Assembly: GCA_023269235.1 (NCBI GenBank)
Contig: JAHFTW010000003.1
Location: 165,999-229,998 of the forward strand
Length of the DNA: 64,000 bases
Direction: 5' to 3'
Source of the DNA: Thermoplasmata archaeon
GTDB lineage: Archaea; Thermoplasmatota; E2; JACPAO01; JAHFTW01
Part shown: positions 18,449 to 27,341 of the stretch, piece after piece
Position numbering within the stretch: position 1 is the first letter of the stretch
How the letters are laid out: each line of letters starts with the position of its first letter
Program-made: the position numbers and the translations under genes
The notes under the pieces: model-generated
Told to the model about the DNA's origin: nothing
Database searches by the model: none
What the model saw: only the letters and a program-made list of their open reading frames with translations

Positions 18449-19102
18449 TTGCCCGCGCCTCGGTTCACTCCGTCAGAGCAGCGCCTCATCGCCCGGCTGC
18501 GGACGCCGGAGCAGGTCCAGGCGTGGCTCCTGCGCATGCCCTACAACTGGGAACGGGCGGGCGAGACGAACCGCACCTTGCGCGGTGTCCTGCGTCACAA
18601 GAAGGCGCACTGCCTGGAGGCCGCACTGTGCGCCGCTGCCATCCTGGAACAGCACGGGTTCCCACCACTTCTGATGGACCTCGAGTCGGTGGACCTCCTC
18701 GACCACGTCATCTACGTCTTCCAACGCGGCGGAAAATGGGGCAGCATCGCACGCAGCCGGTGCGCGGGCCTCCATGGCCGCAAGCCGGTCTTCGCGAGCC
18801 TGGCCGCATTGGCAGATTCGTACCGCGCCCCGTTCATCGACACGACCGGCCGCATGAAGGGGTTCGGTGTCCTCGACCTGCGCACCCTGAAAGGAAACCC
18901 GTGGCGCACCTCGACGCGCAACGTCCCCTCCATCTCCGACGCCCTCAACGCCAACCGCCACACGCCGTCCCCGACGCCCGAGCCGGAGTTCCGGACATGG
19001 AAGGTCCGCTTCGATGCCTGGTGGGAGGCCAACGGACGCCCCGCGCACGACTGGCCCGTGTTCGAGGACTATCCGAGGCGCGAGACTTGGCTTTGGCCGT
19101 GA
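18449..19102 (+). CDS. Transglutaminase-like (TGc, papain-fold) domain protein
   Basis: 'KAHCLEAALCAAAILEQHGFP...LLDHVIYVF...GKWGSI' matches the TGc Cys...His...Asp arrangement. There is no in-frame ATG, so TTG 18449 was used as the start. The start is uncertain by tens of codons. Confidence 0.45.
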   Translation: MPAPRFTPSEQRLIARLRTPEQVQAWLLRMPYNWERAGETNRTLRGVLRHKKAHCLEAALCAAAILEQHGFPPLLMDLESVDLLDHVIYVFQRGGKWGSIARSRCAGLHGRKPVFASLAALADSYRAPFIDTTGRMKGFGVLDLRTLKGNPWRTSTRNVPSISDALNANRHTPSPTPEPEFRTWKVRFDAWWEANGRPAHDWPVFEDYPRRETWLWP

Positions 19103-19130
19103 CGTGGCCAAACCCTTGGAATCTCTGCCC

Positions 19131-19529
19131 CTAGAATGGCTCGACGTCAATCTTGTGACGCCGTGCGACCTTGGCCAGAGCCTTGTCCTGGGTGACCAAG
19201 CGCGCGCCGGTCTGCTTGCAGTGGATTAGAAGGAGGGCGTCGCGCGTTCCAATGGCAGGCCGTTCAGCAAGAACGAGAGGCGCGGCCTCGCGCAACGCCC
19301 CCTCGTCCATTGCCTGGCGCAATCCCGGTTGGTCGAAGAACTGGTCCAGCAACGGCTGCGCGTTCACGCCGTAGCGGGACAGGTAATGGGCGACTTCCAT
19401 CTGGACGACGGCGGGAAGAAGAAGGTCGTCGGCCGCGACGGCTTGCGCGAGCCGGCGCTTGGCTTCAGCGTGCTCTGGTCGAAGGTCGTCGACGGCGAAA
19501 ATCCAGACGTTGGAGTCGAAGACAATCAC
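19131..19529 (-). CDS. vapC: PIN-domain toxin VapC
   Basis: 'MIVFDSNVWIFAVDD...IGTRDALLL...LVTQDKAL' shows the PIN acidic residues. The ATG overlaps the vapB stop (ATGA). Confidence 0.8.
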   Translation of the reverse strand: MIVFDSNVWIFAVDDLRPEHAEAKRRLAQAVAADDLLLPAVVQMEVAHYLSRYGVNAQPLLDQFFDQPGLRQAMDEGALREAAPLVLAERPAIGTRDALLLIHCKQTGARLVTQDKALAKVARRHKIDVEPF

Positions 19530-19780
19530 AGCCGTGGCTCCCAGATTTTCTTCAAGTCGAGCGGGTCCATCGGGGAGACGTCCGTCCTCCGGGTCTTGGA
19601 GTTCAGCATGCCGACGAGTTTCCGGAAATGCTCGACCTGGGCCTTGCGCCGGTCCACGACGATCTGCATGTGGCCGTCATGCTCCTCGACGTCAACAACG
19701 CTCCCCGGGGCGAGGTGAAACTTGTCGCGCAGCTTCTTCGGGATGAGGATGCGGCCTCGCTCGTCGACGGTGGCTTCCAT
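19526..19780 (-). CDS. vapB: AbrB/MazE-type antitoxin VapB
   Basis: 'MEATVDERGRILIPKKLRDKFHLAPGSVVDVEE' is the SpoVT/AbrB swapped-hairpin motif (84 aa). The track's longer ORF extends into the antisense of the neighbouring gene. Confidence 0.75.
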   Translation of the reverse strand: MEATVDERGRILIPKKLRDKFHLAPGSVVDVEEHDGHMQIVVDRRKAQVEHFRKLVGMLNSKTRRTDVSPMDPLDLKKIWEPRL

Positions 19781-19924
19781 GGATTCCCATTGGGCTTCCC
19801 AGGATTTGAGGGTTGTGGGAATCAAAATGGGAAAAAATGGTATTTCCACCTGTGCGACCACGGCAGGGTCGGCCAACCAAACATCTTCAAGCCCGGGGAA
19901 AATCCGCGACCGAGCAGTGAACTC

Positions 19925-21100
19925 GTGCGGCGTCTTCTTGGTCCAGCCTTCGCCGTTCTGTTCGTCGCCGGCTGCCTCTCCCCAGCCGTCCCCCACCACG
20001 ACACCGCCGCCGAACCATTGCTTCCGTCGTCGCTCGACGTGGACCTCCACAAATCGTTGCTGAACGTCAGCATGCCCGCAGGACCTTCGACAGCCGTGGT
20101 CGTGCTGAACGTCAGCGATGACATGTGGGTGAAGCGGGTCGTTTCCAACGCCGAGGCGCCGCGTCTCGAAGACCCCGAGTACTACGGTGTTTGCGTCTTG
20201 CTCGAAACGCATGGACTGGGCGATCGAGGCCGACTGAACTTCGTGGTCCTCAAGCTTGAAGGTTCCCGGCTCTCGCCCCTTGGCCCAGAATTTGGCATCG
20301 GCACGCTCAGCGACCGCGGCACCCTCCAAGGTTGGCCTCCTTACTGCGTGACGTCCGTGTACGTCGAAAACCCCGCGGGCCTGTCCTCACGTGTGCCATA
20401 TGGCGTATCGTTGGTCGTTTTCCTTTCTTCCGACGAGAAGGCCATGGGAGCCGAATTCGGTGAGCCGGAGCCCGCGGAAGCACCGATTGAGCCGTTTTCG
20501 GCAACGATCGGCATTGGAACGGTCCCTTGCGTCGTGCAACCAACCGTTCCCCCGCCTCTGGGCAATCCAATCTACAGCTACTGCGGCCCCAAGCAGACCC
20601 AAGCCGTCGAGCCAAGCGTTCGTTCCACTGGCGCGGGCGCAAGCGCCTTCTTCGAATCCGACTTGCCTTGCCTCGATTGCGGCTTCCAGATTGCCGATCA
20701 GCGAACTCCAACCGGCCCTTTGGCAACCGGCCACCTCACGCTAGACCGCACCGAGACTGGACCGAGGATGACCTACTACTCGGCCGGCCTGGTGTTACCG
20801 GTCCTAGGCCGCGGCGCCCTCAGCGTCGACGATGTGGCTCTCGCCGTGACTATCGACGGGAATACCACCAGTGCGCGCTGCACTGGCGTGGCCTTTGCCA
20901 TGATTGGGATGGGCTTCGTGAAGGCGACGTTGAACCTGACCGTGCAATGGAATTCCCGCAGTAACGGCGTCTTTTTCGCAATCTCCCGGTCAATCCCGGT
21001 GGACATGGAGCCGCTCGGCTGGGAACTAAGCACAGGAGCTAGCGTCCATGGACCGTTGCCTACCGGACGCGTCGCTGAACCCCCGCCCTGTTTCAGGTAG
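19925..21100 (+). CDS. Cys-rich lipoprotein of unknown function (Tat-like RR signal plus lipobox)
   Basis: The start was taken at the in-frame GTG 19925, giving 'MRRLLGPAFAVLFVAGC|LSP' (RR motif plus 'VAGC' lipobox). The body has several Cys pairs ('YCGPKQ', 'LPCLDCGF'). The track's N-terminal 200 aa overlap vapBC antisense and were rejected. Confidence 0.55.
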   Translation: MRRLLGPAFAVLFVAGCLSPAVPHHDTAAEPLLPSSLDVDLHKSLLNVSMPAGPSTAVVVLNVSDDMWVKRVVSNAEAPRLEDPEYYGVCVLLETHGLGDRGRLNFVVLKLEGSRLSPLGPEFGIGTLSDRGTLQGWPPYCVTSVYVENPAGLSSRVPYGVSLVVFLSSDEKAMGAEFGEPEPAEAPIEPFSATIGIGTVPCVVQPTVPPPLGNPIYSYCGPKQTQAVEPSVRSTGAGASAFFESDLPCLDCGFQIADQRTPTGPLATGHLTLDRTETGPRMTYYSAGLVLPVLGRGALSVDDVALAVTIDGNTTSARCTGVAFAMIGMGFVKATLNLTVQWNSRSNGVFFAISRSIPVDMEPLGWELSTGASVHGPLPTGRVAEPPPCFR

Positions 21101-21352
21101 TCTCGCCGTCGATTTCGGTTCCCATTTCGGCTTACGACGAACGACCCGGGGGTGTCCGCACGAGGGTTGGGCGCGGATTGTCGCATCGCTGGTGCCTTGG
21201 CGGGCAGCACGGATTTCCCAGCCAACGGTTGTCCGCGACTCGGACTGAGTACGCGTGGCCGGAGGAAGACTTGGAATCATCCTGGAGCATCGTCCTCGTC
21301 GGTGGCCGCTTCGCCCCGCCACCCCTTTAACCACCCCCGAAGTCGGACGCTT

Positions 21353-22810
21353 GTGCAGTTCGACAGCGTCGCCGACATCCTCGCCGGCAAGAAGACGGGC
21401 CAGACGGTCCATCTGCGCGGCTGGGTGCACCGTCACCGCGCCTCCGGCGGCAAGCTCGCCTTCGTCGTCCTGCGCGATGGGTCCGGCACTGTTCAGTGCA
21501 CCGTGAAGGGCGGCGTCGCGGACCCCGATAGCCTCGCGATGGCCGTCCGCGCCAAACTGGAGGCCTCTGTCTCTTCGCTCGAGGGCACCGTCGCCGCCGA
21601 CGAACGCGCTCCCGGCGGTTTCGAGGTCAAGGTCGCCAGGTTCACCCTCCACGAGCCCAACGGCCCGACCGGCGACTTCCCGCTTCGGGGCGAGCAGGGC
21701 ACCGAGTTCGAGCTCGACATGCGCCACCTCTGGCTTCGCTCGACGGAGCTGTCGGCCATCTTGCGCATCAAGCACCGCCTGTACAAGGCCGTCCACGACT
21801 TCTACGACCGCGAGGGCTTCACGCAAGTGGACCCCAGCGTCATCACTACTAACGCCTGCGAGGGCGGCAGCACGCTGTTCACGTTCGACTACTTCGGCCA
21901 GACCGCGTACCTCTCCCAGTCGGCGCAGATGTACCTGGAGGGCTGCATCTTCGGCCTCCCCAAGGTCTACTCCATCACGCCGAGCTTCCGCGCCGAGAAA
22001 TCGCGCACCACGAAGCACCTCACCGAGTTCCACCACCTCGAGGCCGAGTACGCCTGGTGGAACGCCGAGGACTCCCGCGTCCACCAGGAAAAACTGGTGA
22101 CGTACATGGCGCAGACAATCGCCCGTGAGTGCGCCGCCGACCTCATCCTCCTCAAACAGGACCCGGCCCGCCTCGCCAAGATCGGCACCTTTCAGCCCGG
22201 CGAGGGCGGCGAGGACATTGACGGCAAGCGCTTCCCCCGCATCGACTACTCCCAAGCCGTGGACCGGCTCAAGCAGCTCGGCTTCCACGTCAACTACGGC
22301 GACGACTTCGGCGTGCCCCACGAGAAGGCCCTGACGGAGGGCAAGGTCAACCCGCTTTTCATCTGCGACTGGCCCGCCAACATCAAGGCGTTCTACATGG
22401 CCGAGAAGCCCGGAACCGACCGCGTCCTGTGCAGCGACATGATGGGCCCCGACGGATTCGGCGAGCTCATCGGCGGCTCGCAGCGCAGCGAGGACGTCGT
22501 GTCGATGGAGCGCCGCCTCCTCGCGCAGTGGAAGGCCATGGCGCAGTCGAAGGATTTCGACGACCGTCGTCAGTTCAAGCACGAGTGGGAGGCCATCGCC
22601 GCCCGCCTCGGCGAGAACGCCACCGACGAGGCCATCGAGCAGGCGTACCTCAAGCCGTACCAGTGGTACTTCGACCTGCGCCGCTACGGCTCCGTGCCTC
22701 ACTCCGGCTTCGGCCTCGGCATCGAGCGCGTCCTTCGGTGGTTCACTGGCCAGGAGCACATCCGCGACATGCTGCCCTACCCGCGCACGCCGGCGAGGGC
22801 GTACCCTTGA
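21353..22810 (+). CDS. asnS: Asparaginyl-tRNA synthetase (class IIb; AsnRS-like rather than AspRS)
   Basis: An N-terminal OB anticodon-binding domain ('VHLRGWVHRHR..KLAFVVLRDGSG') is followed by class II motifs. 'YLSQSAQMYLE', 'FRAEKSRTTKHLTEFHHLEAE' and 'GGSQRSED...GFGLGIERV' favour AsnRS. The start was taken at in-frame GTG 21353 ('VQFDSVADIL'); no ATG is available. Confidence 0.75.
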   Translation: MQFDSVADILAGKKTGQTVHLRGWVHRHRASGGKLAFVVLRDGSGTVQCTVKGGVADPDSLAMAVRAKLEASVSSLEGTVAADERAPGGFEVKVARFTLHEPNGPTGDFPLRGEQGTEFELDMRHLWLRSTELSAILRIKHRLYKAVHDFYDREGFTQVDPSVITTNACEGGSTLFTFDYFGQTAYLSQSAQMYLEGCIFGLPKVYSITPSFRAEKSRTTKHLTEFHHLEAEYAWWNAEDSRVHQEKLVTYMAQTIARECAADLILLKQDPARLAKIGTFQPGEGGEDIDGKRFPRIDYSQAVDRLKQLGFHVNYGDDFGVPHEKALTEGKVNPLFICDWPANIKAFYMAEKPGTDRVLCSDMMGPDGFGELIGGSQRSEDVVSMERRLLAQWKAMAQSKDFDDRRQFKHEWEAIAARLGENATDEAIEQAYLKPYQWYFDLRRYGSVPHSGFGLGIERVLRWFTGQEHIRDMLPYPRTPARAYP

Positions 22811-23505
22811 GGACGAGCCGTCAAAAGGTCTTGCTCGGCTTGGAGCTTGCCGCATTTACCCTGTTCGCAGGATGTATCGACCCGGCACAGCCGTCCACGG
22901 GAGGTTTTGATTTTCAACTTCCAGATTGGGCCCATACGGGGATTCAGTTCGAAGGGGACAATTTGACTATCGAGGCAACACCGCTCGGCGGAGCAAACAT
23001 GATTGCGCCCCAGGATTATGTGTGGGCATGTTCGTTCGACTGCACCGGCCGTGGGCGCCAGATTTCCTTCGTCCTCCAGGGTGCCCAAACGAACGCTTGG
23101 GTTCAGGTTTCCGCTTCATTGAGCGAGCGACTTATCACCAATCGCTACAACTTCTCATTCGGTCCTGCACCACGAATCAGTGTCAACTACACGGGGGCAG
23201 GTGAGATGTGGCTCGAATTCGACGATTTCGATCACGGCGGAGTACTGTTCCGCGAACCAGCGGGTCCAGAATATCCCGAATCTTGGCGGATTGTAGCGCC
23301 GGGGGTGCCTCATCGCCTGATTGTTCGTACTTTCCCTTGCGCCTATGGATGGTCGGCCTGCTCAGTTCTCGGAACGTATTCGCAAGGAGATGACTTTCAT
23401 GCTTCCGATTATCGCCAATACCCGAGTATTGGATTTGGTTACCACGTCTACGTGAATATTGAAACTTCTGGCGACGTGTCCTACAAGGTGATTCCACCTG
23501 GTTAG
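22807..23505 (+). CDS. Lipoprotein of unknown function
   Basis: The start was taken at TTG 22807, overlapping the asnS TGA (TTGA), giving 'MRTSRQKVLLGLELAAFTLFAGC|IDP' (signal plus lipobox). The body is W/Y/G-rich and beta-like. Start confidence is moderate. Confidence 0.55.
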   Translation: MRTSRQKVLLGLELAAFTLFAGCIDPAQPSTGGFDFQLPDWAHTGIQFEGDNLTIEATPLGGANMIAPQDYVWACSFDCTGRGRQISFVLQGAQTNAWVQVSASLSERLITNRYNFSFGPAPRISVNYTGAGEMWLEFDDFDHGGVLFREPAGPEYPESWRIVAPGVPHRLIVRTFPCAYGWSACSVLGTYSQGDDFHASDYRQYPSIGFGYHVYVNIETSGDVSYKVIPPG

Positions 23506-23509
23506 TACT

Positions 23510-23890
23510 ATGCAGCGATCCCGCGAGGCTCAGCCCGTCACCGACGAGATGCGTGCCAACTACACCGCGGCCCGCGCGTTCCTGTTCGGCGAATGGTTCG
23601 GGGCCAGCCTGTGCGTCGCCTCGTTCACGCTCCTCTACCTCTTCGCCTTCGCCGCGCCCGGCCTCTCCGCGACGACGACACTCATCGTCTGCCTCGCGAT
23701 GCTCGTCGTCGGCGCCTTCGTGTTCCTGCGCAACCGCGCCTACTACGAGCGCCTGGAGTTCCCTTGGGCCAAGCGCTGGCACATCGGGGCCCTCGTCACT
23801 GCAGGCTCCGCAGGCGTCTTCTGGCTCCTCTTCGCCCTCCTCACCACGCTCGCCGCCTTCGGCGTGGACGTCGGCCCCCCAAGCAAGTAA
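23510..23890 (+). CDS. Small membrane protein (3-4 TM)
   Basis: Hydrophobic segments 'LCVASFTLLYLFAFAA', 'LIVCLAMLVVGAFVFL' and 'VFWLLFALLTTLAAF'; no motif. It ends with a TAATG overlap with kae1. Confidence 0.45.
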   Translation: MQRSREAQPVTDEMRANYTAARAFLFGEWFGASLCVASFTLLYLFAFAAPGLSATTTLIVCLAMLVVGAFVFLRNRAYYERLEFPWAKRWHIGALVTAGSAGVFWLLFALLTTLAAFGVDVGPPSK

Positions 23891-24933
23891 TGCGACAAGG
23901 CGCTGGACTTATCCCGGCACGCAATCCCGAGGCCGTGGCGGTCCTCGGCATTGAGTCAACCGCCCACACCTTCGCCGTCGGGGTCGTGGAGGAGGAGAAG
24001 CCGGGCCGCGTCCGCGTCCTCGCCAACCAGCGCGCCATGGTGAAACCCGACCAAGGCGGCATCCATCCCCGCGAGGCGGCGCACGAGCACGCCGAGAAGG
24101 CCCCGGGGGTCCTGGCCGCGGCCCTCAAAGAGGCCAACCTCCGCCCAGAGCAACTCGAAGCCATCGCGTTCAGCCAAGGCCCCGGCCTCGGCCCCTGCCT
24201 GCGCGTTGGTGCCACCGTGGCCCGATCCCTCGCCGTCCGCCACGCGTTGCCCCTCGTCGGCGTCAACCACTGCGTCGCCCACCTGGAGATTGGCCGCGGG
24301 CTCTCCGGAATGGTGGACCCACTCCTGCTCTACGCCTCCGGCGCCAACACCCAGGTCCTCGCCCTGTCGCGCGGCCGCTACCGCGTCTTCGGCGAGACGC
24401 TCGACGTCGGCCTCGGAAACGCCCTCGACAAGTTCGCGCGCGGCGCGGGCATCCCGTTCCCCGGCGGCCCCGAAGTGGAGCGGCTCGCCGCGCAGGCCGA
24501 CCGCGCCAAGCTCCTCGACCTGCCCTACGTTGTCAAGGGGATGGACATGAGCTTCAGCGGATGGCCCATCGCCGCTGAGCGCCTCGTCGCAGAAGGGCAC
24601 TCCCTTGCCGACGTCTGCCACGCCATCCAGGAACACCAGTTCGCCGCCCTCGTCGAGATCACGGAGCGTGCCCTCGCCGCGACCGGCAAGACCGAGCTCC
24701 TCCTCGGCGGCGGCGTCGCCTGCAACGCGCGGCTCCAGGAAATGGCACGGTCCATGGCCCTCGAGCGCGGCGTGGCGTTCTTCGCCCCGCCCCGCAGCCT
24801 TCTCGTGGACAACGGCGCGATGATTGCGTGGCTTGGCCACCTCAAGCTCCGGGCCGGCGGCGCCGTCGCCGTCGAGGACTCTGAGGTCCAGCCCTACGAG
24901 CGCACAGACACGGTCGAGGTGACCTGGCGATGA
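23890..24933 (+). CDS. kae1: tRNA N6-adenosine threonylcarbamoyltransferase Kae1 (KEOPS catalytic subunit)
   Basis: 'VLGIESTAHTFAVGVV...GPGLGPCLRVGATVAR...GVNHCVAHLE...LLGGGVACNARL' gives the Kae1/TsaD ASKHA motifs with the metal-binding H-x-x-x-H (the 'HCVAH' segment). Confidence 0.85.
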   Translation: MRQGAGLIPARNPEAVAVLGIESTAHTFAVGVVEEEKPGRVRVLANQRAMVKPDQGGIHPREAAHEHAEKAPGVLAAALKEANLRPEQLEAIAFSQGPGLGPCLRVGATVARSLAVRHALPLVGVNHCVAHLEIGRGLSGMVDPLLLYASGANTQVLALSRGRYRVFGETLDVGLGNALDKFARGAGIPFPGGPEVERLAAQADRAKLLDLPYVVKGMDMSFSGWPIAAERLVAEGHSLADVCHAIQEHQFAALVEITERALAATGKTELLLGGGVACNARLQEMARSMALERGVAFFAPPRSLLVDNGAMIAWLGHLKLRAGGAVAVEDSEVQPYERTDTVEVTWR

Positions 24934-25559
24934 GCCTGCGCCTCGGCATCGCGGCCAGCGCGGAAGGCATCCTCGAACCCGTCGACCTGCTCGGCCGCGC
25001 AGCCCTCGCAAAGCGCCGTCTGGTCAAGCCGTACCGGCACCCGAGCCTCGACGCCCGCCTGCGCGCCGAGCGGACGCGCGACGAAGCGCGTCTCCTTCTC
25101 GCCGCCCGTCGTGCTGGCATCCCCGTCCCGATCCTGTACGACGCCGACCGCGGCGACGCGACCCTCGTGCTCGAGCGCATGGCCGGAGCGACGCTGCAGG
25201 AGCAGCTCGCCCACGACGCGGAGCCCGTCCGGACCGCGCGCATGGCTGCGTTCGGCGCAATCGCCGCGCGCCTCCACTCCGCGGGCCTCGTGCATGGCGA
25301 CCTGACCCTGCGCAACCTGCTCGTCCCGGAACCCGCCCGCGCCGACTCCCTCGTCCTCGTGGACTTCGGCCTCGGCGGCTTCACGCAGGAGTCCGAGCCG
25401 CGGGGCGTGGACCTGCACATCCTCGAAGAGGCGCTGGAGGCCGTGCGCCCCGACGCGGCCGTCCTCTTCGCCGCGTTCCTCACCGGCTACGCTTGGCCTG
25501 GGGCCGCCGCCGCGCTCAAGCGCCTCGACGAGATCCGCGAACGGGGGCGCTACCGATGA
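24930..25559 (+). CDS. bud32: KEOPS kinase Bud32 (RIO-type atypical protein kinase)
   Basis: A ~209 aa minimal kinase ('GDATLVLERMAG..L', 'LHSAGLVHGDLTLRNLLV', 'LVDFGLG'). Its ATG overlaps the kae1 stop (ATGA), so the two genes are separate and not fused. Confidence 0.8.
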   Translation: MSLRLGIAASAEGILEPVDLLGRAALAKRRLVKPYRHPSLDARLRAERTRDEARLLLAARRAGIPVPILYDADRGDATLVLERMAGATLQEQLAHDAEPVRTARMAAFGAIAARLHSAGLVHGDLTLRNLLVPEPARADSLVLVDFGLGGFTQESEPRGVDLHILEEALEAVRPDAAVLFAAFLTGYAWPGAAAALKRLDEIRERGRYR

Positions 25560-26143
25560 CAACGCCGTCGCCCCCGCTGACGTTCTTCACGACCAACAAG
25601 GGCAAGGTCGCCGAGCTCGCCTCGCAGCTCGCGCCCTTCGGCCTCACGGTGCGCCAGGACGCCCGCGGCTACCCCGAGGTCCAGGCGGACACGCTCGCCG
25701 AAGTCGCCGAGGCGGGCGCGGACTGGCTGCTCGCCAACGGCGCCACGCCCCCGTTCTTGCTCGAGGACTCCGGGCTCTTCGTGGCGGCGCTCAAAGGGTT
25801 CCCCGGGGTCTATTCGCGCCACACGCTCGACACCATCGGCCTGCCCGGGCTGCTCGCCCTTCTGCGCGACGCCCCCCCGGCGCGGCGCGAGGCCTGGTTC
25901 GAGACGGCGCTCCTGCTGGTCGAGGCCGACGGCACGCGCCGCCTCTTCACCGGCCGCTGCGATGGGCGCATCGCGGACACACCGTCGGGGACTGGCGGTT
26001 TCGGGTTCGACCCCCTGTTCATCCCCGCTGGCGCCACCCAGACGTTCGCCGCCATGCCCCCCGCCGCGAAGGCGGCCCTCAGCCACCGCGGGAAGGCGGT
26101 CGCGGCCTTCCTGGAGCACCGGAAGCGAACTGGAAAGCCCTAA
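25556..26143 (+). CDS. rdgB: Non-canonical purine NTP pyrophosphatase (Ham1/RdgB/ITPase)
   Basis: 'FFTTNKGKVAEL...LLEDSGLFVAAL.GFPGVYS...TGGFGFDPLF' is the Maf/Ham1 pattern. The ATG overlaps the bud32 stop. Confidence 0.8.
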   Translation: MTTPSPPLTFFTTNKGKVAELASQLAPFGLTVRQDARGYPEVQADTLAEVAEAGADWLLANGATPPFLLEDSGLFVAALKGFPGVYSRHTLDTIGLPGLLALLRDAPPARREAWFETALLLVEADGTRRLFTGRCDGRIADTPSGTGGFGFDPLFIPAGATQTFAAMPPAAKAALSHRGKAVAAFLEHRKRTGKP

Positions 26144-26171
26144 AGCCATCCGCGCAGGTGGCCAAGACGAC

Positions 26172-27341
26172 ATGGCCTCTGGACGTCGCATCGCCGGCAC
26201 CATCCTGATCATCCTCGCGGTGCTCCTCACCGTCGGCTTCGGCGCCCTCGTGTACGACCAGACCGGCGGCTCGAACGTGCTCGGCCTGGACGCCGACCTC
26301 GCGGGCTACATCATGGCTGGCGTCCTGGGCGCAATCGTCGTCGTCCTCTTCCTGCTCATCGTCGTCCACCACCGCGCCCGTCGGGCCCGTCGCATCGCCG
26401 CCCAGACCGTCGCCGCCGAGCCCCTGCCCGAGGCCGAGGTGGAGTTCACCGAGGTCGCGCCCAGCACCCCGCTCGCCAAGGCGGCCGCCTCGGAGCCCGA
26501 CGCGGGCGAGCCGAGCGGCCCCGAGGTCGTCGTGTACGACCTGCCGCAGGTGCAAGCCGCCTACCGTTCCTTCGAGCGCGCGGACGGCGCGGCCACCTTC
26601 ACCTACCCGCGCACCGTCGCTTCCGCGGTCTACACCAACGACCACCTCGATGTCGGCAACCAGCACGTCAAGGTCCGCACCCTGCTCGCCGGCCCAGCCG
26701 ACGTCGGGCCCATCCCGGACGACCAGGCGGCCCCGGTGCCGCTCTCCCTCGGCCCCGACGACGTGCCCGAACCCTACCGCTCGAGGCTGTTCCGCGCTCC
26801 GAAGGCCTCCAAGATCTCCCCGACGGGCAAGGCCGCCGACGGCGACGCCTTCGTGGCCAAGCTCGCGGAGGCCCGCACCGCCGCCAAGCCCAAGCCCCGC
26901 GCCGGCCCCTCCTACTACGGCTACTCCGGCGACGTCCACCCGGTCGAGGACATCGAAGGCATCGGCGCCATCTACGGCGACAAGCTGCGCAAGGCCGGCG
27001 TGTACACGACCGACCGCCTCTGCTACGAGAAGCCGCAAACACTCGCCGACAAGGTGGGCGTCCCCCGCAAGACCGCCGAGACCTGGCAGCACATGGCCGA
27101 GCTCGTCAAGATCAAGGGCGTCGGCCCCCAGTACGCCGAGGCCATGGCGCGCGCTGGCATCCGCGGCATCGCCGACCTCAAGCGCCGCAGCGCGGCCGGC
27201 ATCGCCGACCAGGTCACCGGCTACCTCGACTCCCTGAACGCCACCGTCGTCGGCACCGCCGTCACGGAGGCCCGCGTCGCCAACTGGCAGAAGGCCGCGG
27301 CGCGCATGAAGCGCGTCCGTCTCAAGGTCCCCGAGCAATAG
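26172..27341 (+). CDS. Membrane-anchored protein with C-terminal DUF4332-like tandem helix-hairpin-helix
   Basis: Two N-terminal TM helices are followed by an A/P-rich linker and then 'VEDIEGIGAIYGDKLRKAGVYTTDRL...IKGVGPQYAEAMARAGIRGIADL'. Confidence 0.65.
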   Translation: MASGRRIAGTILIILAVLLTVGFGALVYDQTGGSNVLGLDADLAGYIMAGVLGAIVVVLFLLIVVHHRARRARRIAAQTVAAEPLPEAEVEFTEVAPSTPLAKAAASEPDAGEPSGPEVVVYDLPQVQAAYRSFERADGAATFTYPRTVASAVYTNDHLDVGNQHVKVRTLLAGPADVGPIPDDQAAPVPLSLGPDDVPEPYRSRLFRAPKASKISPTGKAADGDAFVAKLAEARTAAKPKPRAGPSYYGYSGDVHPVEDIEGIGAIYGDKLRKAGVYTTDRLCYEKPQTLADKVGVPRKTAETWQHMAELVKIKGVGPQYAEAMARAGIRGIADLKRRSAAGIADQVTGYLDSLNATVVGTAVTEARVANWQKAAARMKRVRLKVPEQ

